From Patescibacteria group bacterium (GTDB lineage Bacteria > Patescibacteriota > Patescibacteriia > UBA2591 > UBA4787), in NCBI GenBank assembly GCA_049971355.1, contig JBMFLE010000001.1:1-46444 (forward strand): a DNA stretch of 46,444 nt, given 5' to 3'. Shown here one piece after another: positions 16,174 to 25,049 of the stretch (positions are counted from its first letter, which is position 1; each line of letters starts with the position of its first letter). Under the pieces are notes generated by a model. It saw only the letters and a list, made by a program, of their open reading frames with translations. It made no database searches and was not told where the DNA came from. The position numbers were made by a program, and so were the translations under genes.

Positions 16174-17781
16174 TTATTCGTATTTAGTAGCCATTTGTTT
16201 TTGCAAAAATTTAATCGCTTCTTCCTTTTCTTTAATCCGACCGCTCAATTGTTCTTCTCGCAAAGCAGCCAAAAGCTGACCAATCTTTGGCCCTGGCTTT
16301 AAGTTAAACTCTTCCATTATCTCATAACCATTTAAAAGTGGTTTAGGTAATTCTTTTTTTGTCGCTGATAAACTTTTTAGCCGCTCAATTCTTTCAATCA
16401 TCTGATAAAAATTAGAAAAGTCTGGTTTGCCGTCAGGCGGAATAGTGGCTGAAATATCAACAAAAGCTAATTTTAATAAATTCTCGCCTGGCATATTTTG
16501 GTTGAAAAAATATTTTTCAATTGTTGATGGCCTCATTTTTGAAATATCGCCCTGAACCAACAACATATGATGTTGAACCAACCAAGCAACTTTTTCTGAA
16601 TCAACACCTAAATTTTCTGGACTTGATAATTTTAATCTTTCGCAGATTTGTTTTGTCATTTCTGCACCAACTATATCATGCTCATCAAAGCGGATGCGAT
16701 CGGTTTTATCTTTTTCCGGTGTCTTAATTGTCGCCGGTTTACCAAGATCATGAAATAAAACAGCCATAATTAATTCAGTTGATGGTCTTTCACTGCCAAA
16801 TTGTTTTTTGAATTCATTTGAAGACAATTTGTCTAAAGCTAATTTTGTATGAGTCCAAACGTCTCCCTCTGAATGAAAATTTTCCGGCTGAGGACAATTT
16901 TTTAATTTTAGAACTTCTGGTATTAATTCACGAAATGCGCCACTCTGATCATATAAATCAAAAGCTTTGGTCGGAGAATAATAAAATGATTTTAAAAATT
17001 CTTTAGCTATCACTTCATAAGACACAACTCTATTTTCTAAAATCTCCGGTTCAGCATAAACCGTTTCGCCAACCATTTCTACTTCACGCCGAATGTCATT
17101 TAGGTGACTAATATTTTTAAAAATTGCTCTCCGAGTTTTATCCTCAATTGAAAAATCAAGTTGACAAGCAAAACGAATTGCTCTTAACATTCTTGAATAA
17201 TCTTCTTTAAATCTCTCCTCTGGTTTGCCAACCGCTCGAATTACTTTTTTCTCAACATCTCGACGGCCATTAAAAGGATCAACCAATTCGTATTTTCCTG
17301 AATTAAAAATTTTAAGAGCCATGGCATTAATAGTAAAATCGCGTCGAGATAAATCTTCTTTAACTGAAAGTTTTGGATCCGATTGAACTTCAAAATCTCG
17401 ATAGCCGCCGGTACCAAAAGCATGTTCTCTCCTCGGCAAAGCAAAATCAATCGCTTCATAGGCCCATTCTTTAGGCGTAAATTTTAAAACACCAAAAGTT
17501 TTACCAACTAAATTAACTTGACCAAATTTAGACAGAAACTCTTCCAAATCTTTACCTTCAACATTCCGAATAACAAAATCGAAGTCTTTAATCTCCCTTT
17601 TTAAAATAAAATCTCTAACCGCGCCGCCAACCAGATAAATTTCAGCCTTATTAAATTTTTCTCTTAACTCTTTAAGACAAAGTTCTTCCAAAAATTTAAG
17701 TTTTTGGAAATTTGTTTCCACTGTTTCCAGTTTTTTTTCGTTATTAGATTTCATAAAATTGTGTTCAAACGTTTCTCTCAT
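16174..17781 (-). CDS. cca: CCA-adding tRNA nucleotidyltransferase with HD domain
   Basis: 535 aa with LVGGAVRDFIL..DFDFV (pol-beta NTase head) and an HD motif FHDLGKP. Its ATG overlaps the upstream stop (ATGA). Eight of the 11 tRNA genes here lack an encoded CCA. Confidence 0.85.
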   Translation of the reverse strand: MRETFEHNFMKSNNEKKLETVETNFQKLKFLEELCLKELREKFNKAEIYLVGGAVRDFILKREIKDFDFVIRNVEGKDLEEFLSKFGQVNLVGKTFGVLKFTPKEWAYEAIDFALPRREHAFGTGGYRDFEVQSDPKLSVKEDLSRRDFTINAMALKIFNSGKYELVDPFNGRRDVEKKVIRAVGKPEERFKEDYSRMLRAIRFACQLDFSIEDKTRRAIFKNISHLNDIRREVEMVGETVYAEPEILENRVVSYEVIAKEFLKSFYYSPTKAFDLYDQSGAFRELIPEVLKLKNCPQPENFHSEGDVWTHTKLALDKLSSNEFKKQFGSERPSTELIMAVLFHDLGKPATIKTPEKDKTDRIRFDEHDIVGAEMTKQICERLKLSSPENLGVDSEKVAWLVQHHMLLVQGDISKMRPSTIEKYFFNQNMPGENLLKLAFVDISATIPPDGKPDFSNFYQMIERIERLKSLSATKKELPKPLLNGYEIMEEFNLKPGPKIGQLLAALREEQLSGRIKEKEEAIKFLQKQMATKYE

Positions 17782-18860
17782 ATCACTTTTTGAACAAAAT
17801 CTTTAACCTCTTTTTTAAATCTTTCTTTCGAAAATTTAAGAGCATGCTGGCGAATTTTTTCTGGCTCAAAATCTTCTGGTCGAAATTTAATTACTGCTTC
17901 AGCCAAACTTTCCCAATTTTGCTCTTCAAAAAATTTTCCGGTCAGGCCTTCAACCACTGTCTCTAAGGCTCCGCCAGCTTTATAAGCAATGACTGGCCGG
18001 CCAGCAGCCATTGCCTCAACCGCGGTAATGCCGAAATCTTCCTCCTGAGGAAAAATTAAGGCCTGGCAATGGGCTAAATATTCTGCTTTTTTTTCGTCGC
18101 TAACCGAACCAACAAATTCAATATAAGGACCGGCTATTTGCCGTAAAGTCTTATCTTCACCAGAGCCGATAATTTTTAAAGGAATCTTCAATTTATTAAA
18201 TGCTTTAATCGCTAAATCAATTTTTTTGTAGGGCCTAAAGCGGGAAACAAGTAAAAAATAATCTCCAATTTCTTTTGAGATGAAAAACTTTTCCGTTTCC
18301 ACTGGTGGATAGATAACCACTGAATCACGATGATAATATTTTTTAATTCGCTCGACAACAAAATTCGAATTAGTTAAAAAATAATCAGGCCGCTGAGCAG
18401 CTAAATAATCCCAATTTCTTAAATAAGTCAAAAGTGGCGGCAAAAATTTTTTAAACAGTCTCTCTAAGCTACGCAAACCGGCCAAATATTCATAAGCATC
18501 AGACCAGAGATAACGGGTTGGCGAATGGCAATAACAAATATGAGGTGTCTTGCCGTGGATTAAAACGCCTTTTGAATAAGCCGAAGAATCAGAAACAACC
18601 AAATCATAATTACGCAAATCAAACCTTTCAATTGCCACCGGCATCAGAGCTAAATAAGCCCGATAATAACCAACTGCTAAAGGTAAATTTTGAATTGGCG
18701 AAACACGAATATCCCAATTTTGAAATTTATCGCCCATTGCTTTTTTGTCATAAAATAAAGTATAAATCGGCGCTTCTGGCCAAATTTCGTGAAAGGCCTC
18801 TAAAACTTTTTCCGCTCCGCCATATTGAGTGAGGAAATCATGGACTAAAGCAACTTTCAT
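17778..18860 (-). CDS. GT4-family glycosyltransferase
   Basis: 360 aa with MKVALVHDFLTQYGGAEKV.. at the N-terminus and a C-terminal EDFGITAVEAMAAGRPVIA (E-x7-E type) motif. Confidence 0.85.
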   Translation of the reverse strand: MKVALVHDFLTQYGGAEKVLEAFHEIWPEAPIYTLFYDKKAMGDKFQNWDIRVSPIQNLPLAVGYYRAYLALMPVAIERFDLRNYDLVVSDSSAYSKGVLIHGKTPHICYCHSPTRYLWSDAYEYLAGLRSLERLFKKFLPPLLTYLRNWDYLAAQRPDYFLTNSNFVVERIKKYYHRDSVVIYPPVETEKFFISKEIGDYFLLVSRFRPYKKIDLAIKAFNKLKIPLKIIGSGEDKTLRQIAGPYIEFVGSVSDEKKAEYLAHCQALIFPQEEDFGITAVEAMAAGRPVIAYKAGGALETVVEGLTGKFFEEQNWESLAEAVIKFRPEDFEPEKIRQHALKFSKERFKKEVKDFVQKVI

Positions 18861-18928
18861 AAAAACTTACTAATTACGAATTTAGAAAATAGGTCGAAAA
18901 TCTAACTGGCTAACGAATTACAAATATT

Positions 18929-18957
18929 ATCTTAACACAACCAAATCCAATTGACAA
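18929..18957 (-). promoter_or_regulatory. Putative promoter of the GT4-cca operon
   Basis: Minus strand reads TTGTCA (18957->18952), N17, TAAGAT (18934->18929), about 65 nt upstream of the GT4 start. Confidence 0.45.
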
Positions 18958-18960
18958 GTG

Positions 18961-18983
18961 AATGCACGACCTAATAATACACT
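18961..18983 (-). promoter_or_regulatory. Conserved 23-nt box 3 nt upstream of a -35 hexamer (copy 2)
   Basis: Identical to 4119-4141. Confidence 0.45.
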
Positions 18984-19213
18984 CAGACTATTGCTCAACT
19001 ATGACATTTATTATTTTAACTTTTTCTTTGGGAACAGTCCATTTATTAGATATTTTCTGAATGTTATTGGATTTCCAGAACCCAATAATAATTTTTGGGG
19101 GGGCTATCCCCTATTCTAATTATAAAAATGGCCATAGTTTTAAAACTCAAGATGGTTCTTTGTCTTGCCATTTTAAACAGACAATTGCCGTAATCAAAAA
19201 TGACTGTCAGGTC

Positions 19214-19241
19214 TTGACAGAGTTAAAATAATGAGTAATAT
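19214..19241 (+). promoter_or_regulatory. Promoter of the 87-aa zinc-ribbon gene
   Basis: TTGACA (19214-19219), N16, TAATAT (19236-19241). Confidence 0.55.
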
Positions 19242-19271
19242 AAAATTAGCACAAAAAAGGAGGTGATATAA

Positions 19272-19535
19272 ATGAACGGGGAAGATTTGGGGATTGGGAT
19301 GGGGATCTGCCCCCGATGCGGGGGAGAGATGATCGGGGGTAGTTTATTTGCCGGATCTCCCGAGTCTCCCGAGTATAGATTGAAAGTATATTTTAAGAAA
19401 GAGCCGGCGCTGGAATTTCCTGGCGTGATCCAGGAAGCATACCCAGTAATCGCCTGGGTGTGCGGGGACTGCAGTTATATCGAGTTAGAAGTGGATCTTC
19501 AGAAAAGAAAATTAGTCAGTAAAATGATTAGGTAG
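19272..19535 (+). CDS. Small zinc-ribbon protein, unknown function
   Basis: 87 aa with CPRCGG...CGDCSY cysteine pairs. It is preceded by GGAGGTGAT 7 nt upstream, is GC-rich relative to its flanks, and is followed by a terminator. Confidence 0.7.
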   Translation: MNGEDLGIGMGICPRCGGEMIGGSLFAGSPESPEYRLKVYFKKEPALEFPGVIQEAYPVIAWVCGDCSYIELEVDLQKRKLVSKMIR

Positions 19536-19555
19536 ATTTGGGTAGATAATGAAAT

Positions 19556-19598
19556 GGGGCGAGAGCATCTCGGCTTGAGCCCCTATTTTTTTAAAAAA
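19556..19598 (+). terminator. Intrinsic terminator after the 87-aa gene
   Basis: GGGGC...GCCCC hairpin followed by TATTTTTTT. Confidence 0.6.
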
Positions 19599-19886
19599 AT
19601 TTTATGGTAAAACAAATCTCCGGATCCGCAGCGCGTAAAAAAATCAAAACGCTCTGTTCTAAAATAGGGTTGCGAGAATACCGATCAGGTGAATTTGAAA
19701 AACAATGCAATCAAATTAACAATAACAAAAAATTACAATTTAATTTCGCTAAAACTTCTTTCCGGGCGTTAAAGAATAAATTCAAAAAATTTTTAACATA
19801 AATCTATGCCGCAAAACAGAATCAGACCCAAGGTGAATCATTATTAATTATTAACAATTTCAAATCTATAAACAACCCACTATTCG

Positions 19887-19918
19887 CTTTGGTCATATTC
19901 TCGAGAATATGACCAAAG
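19887..19918. repeat. 32-bp perfect palindrome centred on CTCGAG
   Basis: CTTTGGTCATATTCTC|GAGAATATGACCAAAG with no loop nucleotides. Confidence 0.7.
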
Positions 19919-20082
19919 AAAACAGATAACAAAAACAATGAGATAATAAAGGTGAAAAGCGTGGGTAAAATACTAAATGGAATAAAACTCTAATCTCTAT
20001 AAATATCTTTGAATAATCTTCATTAAGTCCTTAACCATTGCTTGGTCAATAAATTCGTCTCCATTCGTAAATTAGTATCGTG

Positions 20083-20958
20083 TTATTTTCTCTTAAAAAG
20101 TAAGAATGGAGTGGCAATGGAAATTGAGGACCAAGTACCGGTAGAAATACCAAGAGCCATGGCTAACATAAAATCACGGATTGATTCACCGCCGAAAATA
20201 ATAATTATTAAAATAGCCAAAACAGTAGTTAAGGTGGTATTTAAAGAACGTATCAATGTTTCGTTCAAACTGCGATTGATTGTCTCTTCAAAATTTCGCC
20301 AACCGTAAATCAAAAAATTCTCCCGAATTCGATCATAGACAATAATTGTATCATTAACTGAATAACCCAAAACGGTTAAAATCGCGACAATAAAAGTACT
20401 ATTTAATTCTGTGCCCTTGAAGTGGCCTAAAATTGCATAAAGACCCAATATCAATATTAAATCATGGATTAAAGCTAAAATTGCCCCGCCGCCGTAACGC
20501 CAGGATTCTCCTTTTTTAATAATTTTTGATAATTTACGAAAAGCCCAAGCAATATAAATTAAAATTGCCACTACCGCTATTAAAATTGCCCAACGTGCCT
20601 TTCGAGTTAATTCTCGACCTATAGTCGGGCCAATTGATTCAAAACGAATTTCTTCGGGTCTGTCTAATTTTTCTAATATTTTTTGGTGAGTTGCTTCATC
20701 AACATTTTTAAACCTTAAAATCAAACTTTTCTCGCCACTTCTCTGGATAATAATTTCAGGCAAATTTAAATCTTTTAATTTATCTTTTATCTCCTGATTA
20801 GATGGTAATTGATTGGAATAATTCAATTCCATAATAGTCCCGCCAGAAAAATCAATCCCCGTTTTTAATCCCCAGAAAATTAAAGCTAAAATTGAAATAC
20901 CACAAAGTATTGCCGAGATAGTTAAAAAAATCTTTCTTTTTTGAATAATGTGATACAT
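20083..20958 (-). CDS. secF: Protein translocase subunit SecF
   Basis: 291 aa with a TM1-periplasmic domain-5 TM layout and GIDFSGGT and DTIIVYDRIREN motifs. Confidence 0.9.
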   Translation of the reverse strand: MYHIIQKRKIFLTISAILCGISILALIFWGLKTGIDFSGGTIMELNYSNQLPSNQEIKDKLKDLNLPEIIIQRSGEKSLILRFKNVDEATHQKILEKLDRPEEIRFESIGPTIGRELTRKARWAILIAVVAILIYIAWAFRKLSKIIKKGESWRYGGGAILALIHDLILILGLYAILGHFKGTELNSTFIVAILTVLGYSVNDTIIVYDRIRENFLIYGWRNFEETINRSLNETLIRSLNTTLTTVLAILIIIIFGGESIRDFMLAMALGISTGTWSSISIATPFLLFKRK

Positions 20959-20985
20959 AAGCCAATTTAAGGTGAATAATTCATA

Positions 20986-22617
20986 TTATTTGCGAGCTGA
21001 AAGAATTAGTTTAAGTATCGTTTTCGTGACCGTGATAGCCGTAAACATGGAAGTTAAAATTCCTAAACCAAGGGTTAGGCCAAAACCCCGAACCAATCCG
21101 GTACCAAATTGATAAAGAATAAAACAAGAAATTAAAGTAGTAATATTACTATCTCTGATTGCCGTCCAGGCATGGCGAAAACCATCATCGATAACTGTTA
21201 AACCTGATTTGCCTAAACGTTTTTCGTCTTTAATTCTTTCAAAAATTAAAACATTGGCGTCAACAGCCATACCAAGAGAAACAATAAAACCAGCAATCCC
21301 GGAGAGTGTTAAGGTTACCGGAATTAATTTATATAAAGCTACGTTTATTAACGCATAAATAAAAAGAGCAAGAGCGGCAATTAAACCATAGCAACCGTAA
21401 AACAAAATCATAAAAAGAGCAATAGCCAAGAGACCAATAATTCCGGCAATAAAACTTTTTTCAACAGCGATTCGACCCAAACTCGGACCGATATTTTGTT
21501 GGCTGACCAATTTAATTGGTACTGGCAAAGCGCCGGCTGATAGTCGTTCAGCCAATTCTTTAGCTTCTTTTAAATTAAACTTTCCAGTAATCACTGCCTT
21601 ACCACTAGTAATTGGTTCCTGAACTCTGGGAATACTGATTGGATAACCATCTAAGAAAATCGCCACTGGTTTACCAACATTACGAGTGGTGATTTCGCCG
21701 AAAAGTTTAGCCCCTTCGTCATTAAACTCCAAAGCCACCTGCGGCTCATTAGTTTGGGGATTAAAACTAAGCATCGCGCTTTTCAGTTGCTTACCGGTTA
21801 ATCCAGTATAAGCCCAACCGCCTCCACCAGCAATTTCTTCTTCTGATTTAGTTTTAATCAAAATATGGCTGGCTAAAATTTCCTCTTCGTTTTTTTCATT
21901 TTTTCGTTCGTCAATCTTCTTAATAATATGGTAGCCAAATTGGGTTTTAACTAATTCTTTAGTTATTTCACCTTTTTTTAAACTAAAGGCTGCTTCTTCA
22001 AATTCTTTGATCATCACTCCTTTGCTAAACCAACCCAAATTACCTCCCTGATCCTTAGAGCCTGGATCTTCAGAATATTCCTTGGCTAAAGCAGCGAAAT
22101 CCGAATCCGGTTTAAAAACTAATTTTAAAACATCTTTCGCTTTTTTTTCCGCTTTTTTATTGTAATCAGCAATTTCTTTTTTCTCGGCTTCAGTTAATTC
22201 TCTTGGTGGCGCCTGTTCTTTAAATTCCAAAATCGGTGTCTCGCCAATCATTTTTATTGCCTCATTAACATTTTTAATTCCGGGTAATTCAATAATAATT
22301 TTCCATTCATTGCCGGCCTTGGCAGTTTGAATTAGCGGTTCAGTCACGCCGAAAACATTAATCCGGCGTTCAATTACATCACGGGCACCTTCAATAGCGC
22401 TTGCTCTTTGCTCGGCTGGAATTTCTGAAGTATCAGTTTGATAAATCAATTGCGTTCCACCCTGAAGGTCCAAGCCGAGATGAATTTTCTGCTTAGTAAA
22501 CCATTCAGCACCAGGAACCCAAGAAGGCAATCGTGGAATATCAACCAAAAGAACAAAAATGACAATGATAAAAACAAAAATTAATGTTGTCCAAAGTTTA
22601 TTATTTACCATAATCAA
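20986..22617 (-). CDS. secD: Protein translocase subunit SecD with an inserted parvulin-type PPIase module
   Basis: 543 aa. SecD motifs are present ([43 protein letters not shown]). Residues about 135-265 contain [28 protein letters not shown]...TQFGYHIIK, which is typical of PpiC/PrsA rotamases. Confidence 0.9.
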   Translation of the reverse strand: MIMVNNKLWTTLIFVFIIVIFVLLVDIPRLPSWVPGAEWFTKQKIHLGLDLQGGTQLIYQTDTSEIPAEQRASAIEGARDVIERRINVFGVTEPLIQTAKAGNEWKIIIELPGIKNVNEAIKMIGETPILEFKEQAPPRELTEAEKKEIADYNKKAEKKAKDVLKLVFKPDSDFAALAKEYSEDPGSKDQGGNLGWFSKGVMIKEFEEAAFSLKKGEITKELVKTQFGYHIIKKIDERKNEKNEEEILASHILIKTKSEEEIAGGGGWAYTGLTGKQLKSAMLSFNPQTNEPQVALEFNDEGAKLFGEITTRNVGKPVAIFLDGYPISIPRVQEPITSGKAVITGKFNLKEAKELAERLSAGALPVPIKLVSQQNIGPSLGRIAVEKSFIAGIIGLLAIALFMILFYGCYGLIAALALFIYALINVALYKLIPVTLTLSGIAGFIVSLGMAVDANVLIFERIKDEKRLGKSGLTVIDDGFRHAWTAIRDSNITTLISCFILYQFGTGLVRGFGLTLGLGILTSMFTAITVTKTILKLILSARK

Positions 22618-22683
22618 CAGATTTAAATTATAATAGAATAAAATTATTTAGCAACAGGATCTACTTCAGATTAGAGTTCCACC

Positions 22684-23250
22684 TCAATTATATTTATTCA
22701 TTGTTTTTTCTAGACCATTTTTGATAGCAAATTCGAGAGCATTAACTGTTAATTGAATAACTTTTTGAACAATTTTTTGTTCGTTTTTAGTAAATTTTTG
22801 TAAAACAAATTTTTCACTGGACAAATTTTTGCTGGTTGCAGTTTGAATGCCGATTCTGAAACGGACGAAATCTTGTGTTCCAAGATAGTCAATAATTGAT
22901 TGTACACCTTTATGACCAGCGCTGGAACGATTTTTTGAAATGCGAATTTTACCAAGAGGTAAATCGATGTCATCGTGAATTACCCAGAGATTAATTAATG
23001 ATAAATGATAATTGATTATTAATTTTTTAAGACTCTGGCCAGACTCATTCATATAGGTAATAGGTAGAGCTAAAATAATTTCCTGGTTATCAATATTATT
23101 TTTACTAATTTCAGATTTTAACTTTTTGTCAATTTTAAATTTTGGAAAATCAAAACTTTTGGCAAAATTTTTGACAATAGTTTTGCCGAGATTATGTCGC
23201 GTTAAATCATATTTTTTGCCTGGATTACCCAGGCCGACAATAAGAATCAT
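22684..23250 (-). CDS. pth: Peptidyl-tRNA hydrolase
   Basis: 188 aa with MILIVGLGNPGKKYDLTRHNLG and the later HDDIDLPLGKIR motif. Confidence 0.95.
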   Translation of the reverse strand: MILIVGLGNPGKKYDLTRHNLGKTIVKNFAKSFDFPKFKIDKKLKSEISKNNIDNQEIILALPITYMNESGQSLKKLIINYHLSLINLWVIHDDIDLPLGKIRISKNRSSAGHKGVQSIIDYLGTQDFVRFRIGIQTATSKNLSSEKFVLQKFTKNEQKIVQKVIQLTVNALEFAIKNGLEKTMNKYN

Positions 23251-23418
23251 ACAACAAGAAGAGCCCTTAATCTGGAACGGGGACCAAAATTTTCAATTAT
23301 TCGTATATTCGTAACCAATTCGTTATTCGTTGATTTGTAATTCGTTAAAATTTGTAATTAGTAGGGGTTGGTAGACAAATACGGAGGACTGTTCTGTGTT
23401 AAAATCTCCTCTCTCTTT

Positions 23419-23536
23419 GTCATTGCGAGGACTGCGAGCCCCGAGCGTCAGCGAGGGGCGAAGCAGGACGAAGCAATCTCAATCGTTATGAGATTGCTTC
23501 GGTCGTCCGCCTAAGGGCGGACTCCCTCGCCATGAC
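23419..23536. repeat. Structured GC-rich repeat, same family as 9973-10154
   Basis: A 59-nt core (23468-23526) matches 10045-10103 with one mismatch and has the same outer stem gtcattgcgagg/cctcgccatgac. Confidence 0.7.
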
Positions 23537-23562
23537 AGAAAGGGGGTGTGATGGCGAGTGGA

Positions 23563-23610
23563 TTTCGGGAGGTCGGACCTCCCGAAATTCGGGAGGTCGG
23601 ACCTCCAAAA
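23563..23610. repeat. Two tandem REP-like palindromic units, inverted relative to the 4.3-4.6 kb copies
   Basis: tttcgggaggtcggacctcccgaaa followed by ttcgggaggtcggacctccaaaa. Confidence 0.6.
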
Positions 23611-23715
23611 GTTCAATAGTTCGCCTTCAGTCGAGGGACTGTCCCTGATTACATTTTGAATTTTGAGGTTTGAATTTTGAATTTTGAATGTGCCTGTCCC
23701 CTTTCCTTCGTAAAA

Positions 23716-25044
23716 TCATTTTGCTGCCAAACTAATTTTAATTGGCGTTCCTTCAAAATGCCACTTTTTTCTTAATTCTTTTTCAATGATATTTAATTGG
23801 GCTTGAGGAATCAATTTTCTTCGAGCAACGACTTTCGGGATTTTTAAAATAAATTGAGGTGGTTTTGTTTTAATTTGTTCTAATTTTATTTTTGACCAAA
23901 TTTTTTGGTCAAAATTTTTATTATTAATGATTATTGGTAAATAATTTTGTAGTTCATTTTTATTAATTTTTCTTTTGCGGTTTTCTTTAACTTGCCAGAT
24001 TAGATCAAAAATTTTTTCCACATTCTCTCCGGTTTTAGCTGAGACAAAAATAATTGGCGCCCAAGAAGCATTTGGCAAATTCCACTGATAATATTCAACA
24101 AATTTTGTAAATTTTTCAGCGAATTTTTTTTCTAAATCGATTTTATTAATCGCCAAAATTAAACCTTTGCTGTTTTCACTAACTAAATCAACCAAGGCCT
24201 TATCTTGATGACTGATTTTTTCTGTGATGTCAAGAACCAAAATAACAATCTCTGCTTTTTTAATAGTTTTAATCGATTTTTCGACCCCTAATCTTTCAAT
24301 TTCTAATTTAATTTTTGATTTTTTGCGAATGCCGGCGGTATCAATTAAAAGCAGCGGCTTTTCTCGGTAAAACATTAAAGTATCTTCAGGTTCGCGGGTA
24401 GTGTGAGGAATTGGAGAGACAATAACTCTTTCTTCTTTTAGTAAAGCATTAAGTAAACTTGATTTGCCAACATTGGGCCGGCCAATAATTGCTACTTTGA
24501 TTGGTTGGCCAATTGATAATTGACTATTAATAGTTGGCAATTTTTTGACTATTTCATCAAGTAAGTCACCAATTCCTGAACCATTAATGGCCGAAACTGG
24601 CCAAGGTTGGCCAAATCCAAGTTGCCAGTATTCTGGCGATAAAGCCTGCTGGCGCCATTTTGGATTATCAGCCTTATTAAGAACAAGAAGAGTGGGTTTT
24701 CCTGACCGGCGAATCATTTTAGCAATTTCTAAATCAGTATTAATTAATCCTTTTTGAATATCAAAAATAAATAAAATTAAATTTGCTTCTTCAATTGCTT
24801 TTTTAATTTGTTTTTGAATTTCTCTCCCCAAAACATCGGCTTTTGCTTTTTCAACTCCGGCCAAATCAATTAAAATAAATTTTTTATTTCGCCATTCGCA
24901 TTTGGCATAATTTCTGTCCCGGGTAGTGCCCGGGATTTTAGAAACCAAAGCTTTGGGTTTTTCGGCAATACGGTTAAAAAGAGAAGATTTGCCAACATTA
25001 ACTCGGCCGATCAGAGCAATTTTCGGATAACCTAAGTTTTCCAT
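23716..25044 (-). CDS. der: Ribosome-assembly GTPase Der (EngA)
   Basis: 442 aa with two GTPase domains (GRVNVGKSSLFN, GRPNVGKSSLLN; NKAD, NKID) plus a KH-like C-terminus. Confidence 0.95.
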   Translation of the reverse strand: MENLGYPKIALIGRVNVGKSSLFNRIAEKPKALVSKIPGTTRDRNYAKCEWRNKKFILIDLAGVEKAKADVLGREIQKQIKKAIEEANLILFIFDIQKGLINTDLEIAKMIRRSGKPTLLVLNKADNPKWRQQALSPEYWQLGFGQPWPVSAINGSGIGDLLDEIVKKLPTINSQLSIGQPIKVAIIGRPNVGKSSLLNALLKEERVIVSPIPHTTREPEDTLMFYREKPLLLIDTAGIRKKSKIKLEIERLGVEKSIKTIKKAEIVILVLDITEKISHQDKALVDLVSENSKGLILAINKIDLEKKFAEKFTKFVEYYQWNLPNASWAPIIFVSAKTGENVEKIFDLIWQVKENRKRKINKNELQNYLPIIINNKNFDQKIWSKIKLEQIKTKPPQFILKIPKVVARRKLIPQAQLNIIEKELRKKWHFEGTPIKISLAAK

Positions 25045-25049
25045 AAAGA

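Noticed and set aside
19604-19801. ORF 19604..19801 (+), 65 aa and very basic
   Set aside because: It starts right after a terminator with no promoter or SD and is AT-rich low-complexity sequence. I see no support for it as a gene.
4318-23610. The palindromic repeat units as a CRISPR array
   Set aside because: Only two isolated copies plus one tandem pair exist. There is no regular repeat-spacer periodicity and no cas genes.
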